NCBI GenBank assembly: GCA_023410595.1
Contig: JAEYPO010000016.1
Span: 17,121 to 81,120, forward strand
Length of the DNA: 64,000 nt
Origin: Bacillota bacterium
GTDB taxonomy: Bacteria; Bacillota; Clostridia; Christensenellales; SZUA-584
Direction of reading: 5' to 3'
The position numbers were made by a program, and so were the translations under genes. Below are positions 40,748 through 47,943 of the stretch, in pieces (positions within the stretch are counted from its first letter, which is position 1; each line of letters begins with the position of its first letter). The notes under the pieces are model-generated. The model ran no database searches, was not told the origin of the DNA, and worked only from the letters and a program-made list of their open reading frames with translations.

Positions 40748-41950
40748 ATGAGTAAAAGGCTGGTTACGTGCTTTCTTTCGATTATCCTTGCGCTGATTCT
40801 TTTTCCTTCCGGCGCGTTAGCTACCGATAGATACGAAATACTTAAACTTGGCGATCAGGACGAATATGTTGAGCAGCTTCAGGAACGGCTTCTGGAGCTT
40901 GGATATATGACCGGCAAAGCGACCGGTTATTTTGGTACGGTAACGCAGCGCGCCGTAATGGAGTATCAGAAAGACAAGGGTCTCGCAATAGACGGCAAGG
41001 CAGGCCCCAAGACGCTGTCTTCGCTGATGGGCAAAGGCTTTTCGCTGCCGCCCGGCAGGCTTGTCACGCAAAACAAAGCAAGCGAGGTGGGCCCCGGTGA
41101 CAGAGGCGACGAAGTGGTAAGCATACAGCAGCGCCTTAAAGACCTTGAATGTTACGAATATTCCAGCATAACGGGATTTTATGGGCCGGTTACCGAGCAG
41201 GCGCTCGCGCGGTTTCAACGTACGAACGGGCTTGACGAGACGGGTGTGGCGGACATAAAGACCTCCTCGCTGCTTTTTTCGGAAGACGCTAAATACTTCT
41301 GCATCTACCCGGGCGACAGGGGCGACGACGTTTCGGCGCTGCAGAAGCGGCTTTCTGAGCTGGGATATTACACTTTCGGCAGAATAACGGGATATTTCGG
41401 CCCGGTGACGGAACAGGCATTAATGGAATTTCAGGCGCAAAGCGGCATTTCCGTGGACGCGAAGGCGGGCAAAAACACCCGGTCGATTCTTTACTCCGGT
41501 TCGGCCGCAGCATGGGACGGCAAAGACAGGGTGGCTGGCAAGCCCGCTGCCGAAAAGAGTGAAGAAGCCGTCGACAGGATGCTGAATTTTGCAAAACAGC
41601 AGCTCGGTAAAAAGTATTCGTACTCCTCGGAAGGCCCGGCGGCTTTCGACTGTTCGGGGCTCGTGTATTACGTGCTTAAGTATATGGGCATATCTACGGC
41701 AAGGTACAGCGCGAGCGGATTTTCGGGTGTGGACAGTTGGATAAGGATATCGAACAAAAACGCGCTGCAGCCCGGGGATCTTTTGTTCTTCAAGTCGGAC
41801 AAAAGCGAGCGCATTTCTCACACCGGCATATATTTGAGCGGCGGGGAGTTCATCAACGCAAGCTCCAGCGACGGGCAGGTAAAGATAAGCTCGCTCGAAG
41901 GATATTACGACAGGAATTTTAAGCTGGCGAGAAGAGTGAGCTTCAATTAA
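40748..41950 (+). CDS. secreted cell-wall hydrolase: four PG_binding_1-like repeats plus a C-terminal NlpC/P60 (C40) peptidase
   Basis: Signal peptide, then four repeats of ...GDxGDxVxxLQxRLxxLGYxxxxxTGYFGxxTxxAxxxFQ... The C-terminal block is FDCSGLVYYVL...HTGIY. Confidence 0.85.
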   Translation: MSKRLVTCFLSIILALILFPSGALATDRYEILKLGDQDEYVEQLQERLLELGYMTGKATGYFGTVTQRAVMEYQKDKGLAIDGKAGPKTLSSLMGKGFSLPPGRLVTQNKASEVGPGDRGDEVVSIQQRLKDLECYEYSSITGFYGPVTEQALARFQRTNGLDETGVADIKTSSLLFSEDAKYFCIYPGDRGDDVSALQKRLSELGYYTFGRITGYFGPVTEQALMEFQAQSGISVDAKAGKNTRSILYSGSAAAWDGKDRVAGKPAAEKSEEAVDRMLNFAKQQLGKKYSYSSEGPAAFDCSGLVYYVLKYMGISTARYSASGFSGVDSWIRISNKNALQPGDLLFFKSDKSERISHTGIYLSGGEFINASSSDGQVKISSLEGYYDRNFKLARRVSFN

Positions 41951-41983
41951 GAAAGCGCATTGCCATACCGAAAAACATTTTTG

Positions 41984-42287
41984 TTATCCCCGTTAAAATA
42001 AAATATCCGGGGTTTTTTTATCCACTTAATATACACAATTATGGACTTAATAAGATTAAGCAATTCGCAGACGCACGCGCTAAACGCTGCAAAGCGGCAG
42101 TATTATTCGTACATCAGTAAATACGAATAATTTTTATGTGGAAAGCGTGTGGATGTGGATAATGTGGAAAGAAATACGTACTGAAAATAATTAAAAACGT
42201 GGACAAAGTTTGTACCAGTGATGCTATTGTGAGGGCAGAATTATTGTGATAGAATATACGAAGTTAGGGGTGATATGTTTATCCGTA
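41984..42287. promoter_or_regulatory. DnaA-box cluster II (oriC, dnaA-upstream part, includes the dnaA promoter region)
   Basis: TTATCCcCg (41984), TTATCCACt (42018), four head-to-tail boxes TGTGGAaAg / TGTGGATgt / TGTGGATAA / TGTGGAaAg (42137-42171), cGTGGAcAA (42198) and TTATCCgta (42279). AT-rich tracts lie between them. Confidence 0.7.
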
Positions 42288-42407
42288 TTCGGATAGCTTC
42301 GCGGAAACAGCGGAAGAACGTCATTAAAGCAAGCAAAAACGGCCTTTCTTTCGCTTTTCACATTTTACAGCATATTTTCCGCTAAATATTTCTGAGGTGC
42401 TTTTTTT

Positions 42408-43763
42408 GTGGATACTTTTTTGATACTTTGGGAAAAAGCTTTGGAAATACTGAAGCAAGACCTGGTCAGCGTGAGGTACGACACGTGGATAAAAACACTG
42501 TCTCCGGTGAAGAAATCCGATGGAATCTATTATTTTCAGACACTCAACCCCATACATAAAGAGCTTGTCGAAAAAAGTTACCGTAACATCATAATAAACG
42601 CCATGGACATGGCGATGCAGTCTTTAGGGCTCGACGTTGAAAACATCAGCGTCGTGTTTCTCGATACCGAAGAAGCTGCGAAAATAAAGCAGCCGCAGTC
42701 TTTAGGCGATTCTTCTTCAATAAAAACCACGCTCAATCCCACATATACTTTTGACTCGTTTGTCGTTGGCTCGTCTAACGAGTTCGCGCACGCTGCCGCC
42801 GTCGCGGTCGCGGAAAATCCCGGGCGAACATACAATCCTCTGTTCATATACGGCAAGACAGGGCTTGGCAAGACACACTTGATGCAGGCAATAGCCAACC
42901 ATATATCTGAGAACAAGGAAAGCTATACGGTAATGTTCGTAAAGAGCGAGCCGTTTTTAAATGACCTCATACACGCGATAAGGACTTCAAAAACCGAAGA
43001 ATTCCGCAAAAGGTACAGAAAAGCGGACGTGCTGCTCATTGACGATATACAGTTCATAGCCGGCAAAGAGAGTACGCAGGAGGAATTTTTCCATACTTTC
43101 AATGATCTGCACGAGAACAACAAACAGATCATACTTTCTTCCGACAAGCCGCCGAAGGAGATACCGCTCTTAGAGGAACGGCTGCAGTCGCGGTTTGAGG
43201 GCGGCCTCATAGCCGACATACAGCCGCCGAACTACGAAACTAAGCTTGCGATACTTATTAAAAAAGCAAAAGACATAGCCGCGCGCGACGGGTTTAAGTA
43301 TGAAATAAACCAGGAGATATTGGATCTTATAGCGACGAAGGTGTCTTCCAATATACGCTCGCTTGAAGGCGCGCTCAACAAGATAATAGCTTATACCGTG
43401 CTTAACGGCAGAACGCCCAACGTAATAGAAGCGGAGATTGCTATACGCGATTTTCTTACCACAACGACGACGAAGAAGATATCCGCAAAGCAGATACTGC
43501 AGCTTGTGTGCGAGTATTACGAGATATCCGAAGACGAGATAACGAGCAACAAAAAGAATCAGAACATAGCTTACCCGCGGCAGATAGCGATGTTTTTAAC
43601 GCGCAAGCTAATGGACATGTCGTATAAATCCATAGCCGAGATGTACGGCAAGAGCGATCATACGACCGTAAAGCACGCGTACGATAAAATAGAGCGCGAG
43701 CTCAAGAAAAATCTTGAGGTAAGGACGCTTGTGGATGACTTCATCGCAAAGCTGCGCGAATAG
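42408..43763 (+). CDS. dnaA: chromosomal replication initiator protein DnaA
   Basis: 451 aa with Walker A GKTGLGKTHL, the DDIQF box and the C-terminal DNA-binding end ...DHTTVKHAYDKI. GTG start with GAGGTG 8 nt upstream. Confidence 0.97.
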   Translation: MDTFLILWEKALEILKQDLVSVRYDTWIKTLSPVKKSDGIYYFQTLNPIHKELVEKSYRNIIINAMDMAMQSLGLDVENISVVFLDTEEAAKIKQPQSLGDSSSIKTTLNPTYTFDSFVVGSSNEFAHAAAVAVAENPGRTYNPLFIYGKTGLGKTHLMQAIANHISENKESYTVMFVKSEPFLNDLIHAIRTSKTEEFRKRYRKADVLLIDDIQFIAGKESTQEEFFHTFNDLHENNKQIILSSDKPPKEIPLLEERLQSRFEGGLIADIQPPNYETKLAILIKKAKDIAARDGFKYEINQEILDLIATKVSSNIRSLEGALNKIIAYTVLNGRTPNVIEAEIAIRDFLTTTTTKKISAKQILQLVCEYYEISEDEITSNKKNQNIAYPRQIAMFLTRKLMDMSYKSIAEMYGKSDHTTVKHAYDKIERELKKNLEVRTLVDDFIAKLRE

Positions 43764-43967
43764 TGGACAGGCTGTTTACAAAGGTGGATTAAGATCATTA
43801 AGCCAAAAGAAGTTTTGCACGCGTTTTAATATGCTCATACACGGTGTGTGCAAAAAAACTGTGCGGCAGAAAACATAGAAAGCTCTCTTTCCATGCGGCT
43901 TAAATGGGTTGTCCACGCTATATACATTACTACTATTACTGTTACTACTTAATAAACAAGTGGAAAT
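43762..43967. promoter_or_regulatory. DnaA-box cluster III / predicted unwinding region (oriC, dnaA-dnaN part)
   Basis: Degenerate boxes aGTGGAcAg (43762), gGTGGATtA (43782), TTgTCCACg (43909) and aGTGGAaAt (43959), plus an AT-rich tract up to the dnaN RBS. Confidence 0.65.
43918..43950. repeat. DnaA-trio array
   Basis: The array starts immediately after box TTGTCCACG. The top strand reads CTA TAT ACA TTA CTA CTA TTA CTG TTA CTA CTT. The bottom strand, written 3' to 5', reads GAT ATA TGT AAT GAT GAT AAT GAC AAT GAT GAA. Seven of 11 triplets fit the 3'-[G/A]AT-5' trio motif. The core closely resembles the remembered B. subtilis CTACTATTACTTCTACTA. Confidence 0.6.
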
Positions 43968-44007
43968 ATAATTACACAACAATGAACTTACTTTCAAGGA
44001 GAACGGA

Positions 44008-45111
44008 ATGAAACTGGTCTGTGAAAAGAACGAACTTCAGAAAAACGTAAATATTGTGACAAAGGCCGTAGCGCCCAAGTCGCCCGTATATGTGCTCGAA
44101 GGTGTATATATAAAAGCCGAAGACAAAGGGATAACGATGTTTGGCAGCGACGGCACGCTTTCCATAAAGTGCTCTTTGGAGGCGACCGTACTCGAGCCTG
44201 GAGATATAGTGCTGCCCGCGAGGCTGCTTGCAGAAATACTCGCCAAGTTTGAAGACTGCGAGATATCGATGTATACGGAAGGCAATAACATGATAATGCA
44301 GTGCGGCCATTCCACGACGACGCTGTGTTATATGGACCCGTCCTCTTACCCCGCGTTCCCGGCCTGCGACAGGACAAAGGGAGTTACTGCGTTTTCCAAT
44401 CAGATAGTTTCAATGATAGACCAGACGGTGTTCGCGACGTCGGTGAGCGAAGACAAGCCCATACTTACGGGAATACTGCTTGAATTCGAAAGTGAAAAGC
44501 TTAAAATGGTGGCGCTCGACGGCTACCGTCTCGCCGTAAGGCAGGAAAGGATACAGTCGGGGACGGACGCGGGTGAAGTCGTTGTGCCCTCAAGGTCGAT
44601 GCGCGAGATAGCGCGCATACTGCCCGAGGAAGAGGAGACAGTTAAGCTTTATGCGGGCGACAGCCTTGTTACCGTCGTTTGCGGCGATATAGAGATAGCG
44701 ACGAGAGTGCTTCAGGGCGACTATGTAAAATACAAAAACATACTGCCCACGGAACATACGACGAGGGTAATTATAAACACGCTTAATTTTTTAAGCAGCC
44801 TCGAGCGGGCGAGCATACTGGCGAGGCAGTCGAAGACTAACCTTGTCAACCTCTCCATGGAGGGCTCGCTGATGACTATAACGTCGGATTCTGAGATAGG
44901 CAAGGCGCGCGAAGAGGTGGATATTGCTCTTACTGGAAAGAGCCTCGATATATCGTTCAACTCGCGATACCTGCTGGATGTTTTAAAAGAGGTAAAGGAC
45001 GACGAGATAGTGCTCGATTTGAATACAAATATAAGCCCGTGCATGATACACCCTGTGCAGGGCGGCAGCTTTTTGTATCTCGTACTGCCTGTGAAAACGA
45101 GCAATGGCTGA
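44008..45111 (+). CDS. dnaN: DNA polymerase III beta sliding clamp
   Basis: 367 aa with typical DnaN length and sequence (MKLVCEKNELQKNVNIV...DGYRLAVR...). Immediately downstream of dnaA. Confidence 0.95.
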   Translation: MKLVCEKNELQKNVNIVTKAVAPKSPVYVLEGVYIKAEDKGITMFGSDGTLSIKCSLEATVLEPGDIVLPARLLAEILAKFEDCEISMYTEGNNMIMQCGHSTTTLCYMDPSSYPAFPACDRTKGVTAFSNQIVSMIDQTVFATSVSEDKPILTGILLEFESEKLKMVALDGYRLAVRQERIQSGTDAGEVVVPSRSMREIARILPEEEETVKLYAGDSLVTVVCGDIEIATRVLQGDYVKYKNILPTEHTTRVIINTLNFLSSLERASILARQSKTNLVNLSMEGSLMTITSDSEIGKAREEVDIALTGKSLDISFNSRYLLDVLKEVKDDEIVLDLNTNISPCMIHPVQGGSFLYLVLPVKTSNG

Positions 45112-45164
45112 TAGTATGAAATTACTCAAGGCTCTCTTTTAAGAGGGCCTTTTACATTGATATA

Positions 45165-45420
45165 AAAGCGGGCGGACAGTGACGGTCCTCTATTCGTATG
45201 GGCAATAAACTTCACTGACGTTCGTTTATCACCTCATACCATACAGCTAACGCTAGTCACAGAACATTCATCTCGCTTTATCCGCCACTGGCGGCGCTTG
45301 CTTACGGTTCCGCCCCTATGGATATTAAACAACCACTATTTAATAACTTTATATAAAATAGCACCTCATCCGGCGTTTAGCGCCGCCTTCACCTTTAGGA
45401 GAAGGCTTATGACGTAATAT
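45165..45420. other. hairpin-rich non-coding segment downstream of dnaN (possible degenerate relative of repeats A/B, or an unannotated RNA)
   Basis: Nested complementary pairs GGGCGGA (45173)/TCCGCCC (45311), GTGAC/GTCAC and GTATGG/CCATAC. Local hairpins CCGCC-ACT-GGCGG and CGGCG-TTTAG-CGCCG. No convincing ORF. Confidence 0.3.
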
Positions 45421-45553
45421 ATTTTTTTCAAATGAATTGGGGATTGTCTAAAGAAAAAGAAAGTTATAGTATATAATCGGCATGTTTGTAATTAATTATC
45501 ATTAACGTTACTTTTATTTGATGATTTACTAATAACGATTTTAGGAGAGTTAG

Positions 45554-46942
45554 ATGAAAAAGATAAAACTTATTTATACGGTATTAGTTATTATGTTAAT
45601 AATGACTGCATGTCGGTCTACGCCGGAAGAACCGATTGTAATAGATAAAGGTGATGACAATATGGATTTTGTACAAAGCAATTCCATAAGTACTTCTATA
45701 AGCAGCCAATATCCGTCTAGCTGGACGGAGAAAATACAGAACAACGAAGGATCAGACTTTATAGATATAAATGCGACGGTTAAATTTCCTGCTATCAACT
45801 CAATACCGATAATTTGTGTGAAGCCTCATGCATTCTCACAGGGAGAAGTAGAAAATCTTGTACAATATTTTTCTCAAGGAAAACCTCTTTATTCAACAGA
45901 TGAAACTATGACAAAATCAGATATTGAGATGCACGTAATTGAGTTAAGGGGGATTCTTGAAGAGGCAAAGGATGGGAATGAAGACTTGGGCACACCTGAA
46001 GAAATACAGAAACAGATTGATTCACTTGAAGAGCAATATGAGAATGCTCCTGAAACACGAAATAATACCATAGTTGATTCAACGTTGAAAATACAGCCCG
46101 GAACTTCAAGAGAAGTACTGGATGTGGCTATTGACATAAGTAACGGTGAATATGCAAGAATAAGCCTAATTAATTGCAATGAATCTAATTATAATACCGT
46201 TTTTACTTATCAAAATGGTCAATTATATAAACCGGTGGAAGAGTTATATGGAAAAGACGCTGAAGGACTAAATACTACACTTATTAAAGCCACTCAAGAG
46301 GCAGAAGCAATGTTAAAAAATTTGGGCATAGTTGAATATGAAGCTGTTTCAATAGAGACAGGTGCAAAGCAATTAAACTCAGATAGTCTTGATCTAGAAC
46401 AGCAAGGCTATATTATTAAATATAGGTTGAAGAAAAATGATTTAATGTATTTATTTTGTGAAGGACGAGATTACACCGGTATTACTATTGATGAAAAAAC
46501 GGGCTTTTATGTATATGAAAGTACTAGAGAAATCGTAGAAGAATTTGCACCGACTTGGAGCATCAGCGAAATAAGCATTAATATTGATGACTCTGGTGTA
46601 ACATTTTTTAACTGGAATAATCCTGTTGAAATTGTTGAAAGCATAAGTGATAATGTAGGTCTTTTGCCTTTTAATGAAGTACAGCGAATTTTTACTCAGC
46701 AAATGAAGTCTGCTTATATATATAATAGCAATGGCTTGTTATATCATGTTGACAAGATTGAGCTTGGTTTGGCAGCAACAGCCCATAAAGATAATATCGG
46801 ACAATTTCTAATGGTTCCAGTTTGGATTTTCTATGGATATTGCGAAGATACAAATATGCCGGATGCATATCAAGAAGCAAAAACAAAGGGGTATACATCA
46901 ATTTTAGTGTTAAATGCCGTCAACGGGAGCATAATTAAATAA
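45554..46942 (+). CDS. lipoprotein, paralog of the BlaR1-like ectodomain, encoded in an AT-rich islet
   Basis: 462 aa with the lipobox LIMTAC and RBS AGGAGA. It shares blocks with 31678-34191: INATVKFPAINSIPIICVKPHAFS...GKPLY vs VNADIVSPGNIKIPVMRLKPKNFS...GEPLY. The C-terminal blocks MVPVWIF...LNAVNGSII match TVPVWDF...VNAINGTII. Confidence 0.75.
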   Translation: MKKIKLIYTVLVIMLIMTACRSTPEEPIVIDKGDDNMDFVQSNSISTSISSQYPSSWTEKIQNNEGSDFIDINATVKFPAINSIPIICVKPHAFSQGEVENLVQYFSQGKPLYSTDETMTKSDIEMHVIELRGILEEAKDGNEDLGTPEEIQKQIDSLEEQYENAPETRNNTIVDSTLKIQPGTSREVLDVAIDISNGEYARISLINCNESNYNTVFTYQNGQLYKPVEELYGKDAEGLNTTLIKATQEAEAMLKNLGIVEYEAVSIETGAKQLNSDSLDLEQQGYIIKYRLKKNDLMYLFCEGRDYTGITIDEKTGFYVYESTREIVEEFAPTWSISEISINIDDSGVTFFNWNNPVEIVESISDNVGLLPFNEVQRIFTQQMKSAYIYNSNGLLYHVDKIELGLAATAHKDNIGQFLMVPVWIFYGYCEDTNMPDAYQEAKTKGYTSILVLNAVNGSIIK

Positions 46943-47013
46943 TTAATATTTAGCCCATCCGAACTTTTAAGCAATAAAAACGGTATAAGTCTTGCCACAG
47001 AATGAAATTCGTA

Positions 47014-47739
47014 TCAGTTGTCGTGATGTTCTTTTGACTTTAAGAATGTCCGCTCGAGCCAGCTTTTGAGGCGGTCTTCTATCAAGGGAGCGTATTTAAT
47101 TGAGAGTATGAACACGACCACGGCGGCGCAGACTATAGCGATCCAGCCCCATTCGGGTATTTCTATCATGCCGGAGCCCAGCATAGCGGAAAACAGCAGG
47201 CCCCATGGGCGGGTCAGTATTACCAAGAGCGCGAAATACGGCACGCTCATCGCCGAAAGCCCCGCGAGCAGGCACAGCACGTCGTCAGGAAAAAACGGCA
47301 TAATGAACATTATTATCAGTACGACCTTCTGCCGCGAAGACACGACCGTCATGTATTTTTCAATCACAGTTTTGCCCACTATGCGCTCCACAAGCGGCTT
47401 GCCGAACAGCCTGCCCAGCAGAAAAGCTACTAAAGAGCCTAAAAAAATGGCGCCGGTAGATATGAGAAACGCCGGAAAGAAACCGAACAGCATGCCGCCC
47501 GCGATCGTAGTGACGTTGCCGGGTATGGGCGACACAATTACCTGAAAGAATTGCAGCAGGAAAAACGCGAGCGGAGCGAGCGCGCCGAACGAGGCTACGT
47601 ATTTGCGCACCTCTTCGTTGGATTCAAAAAGACGGAACCAGCCGGCCCCCTTGCCAATGTAATAAAGTATTATGAGGGCCGCGACGAGAGCGACCAGCAC
47701 GCAGCACCATATAATCTGCTTCTTAGTAAATTTTCTCAT
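47014..47739 (-). CDS. TVP38/TMEM64 (DedA/SNARE-associated) family membrane protein
   Basis: 241 aa and polytopic, with a typical family block ...VSPIPGNVTTIAGGMLFG... Confidence 0.8.
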   Translation of the reverse strand: MRKFTKKQIIWCCVLVALVAALIILYYIGKGAGWFRLFESNEEVRKYVASFGALAPLAFFLLQFFQVIVSPIPGNVTTIAGGMLFGFFPAFLISTGAIFLGSLVAFLLGRLFGKPLVERIVGKTVIEKYMTVVSSRQKVVLIIMFIMPFFPDDVLCLLAGLSAMSVPYFALLVILTRPWGLLFSAMLGSGMIEIPEWGWIAIVCAAVVVFILSIKYAPLIEDRLKSWLERTFLKSKEHHDN

Positions 47740-47883
47740 GCAGACAGTATAACATATGCTATGCTAAACTTTCACTATTTTTGTTTGCAGTAACAACGGG
47801 AAAGAGTCTTAAAATATAGTGTTACATTAAGAGGGCTATCAACGGTTGTCTCCCTTTGAGATATATGATGACTATTAAAATAA

Positions 47884-47910
47884 ACAGAGAAGGCGCACAC
47901 TGTGCGCCTT
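47884..47910 (-). terminator. intrinsic terminator after purL
   Basis: The arms AAGGCGCACA and TGTGCGCCTT are perfectly complementary. On the minus strand they are followed by CTCTGTTTATTTT. Confidence 0.65.
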
Positions 47911-47943
47911 TCATATCCCTTCAGGCAAGGGAGGCATTAAAAA

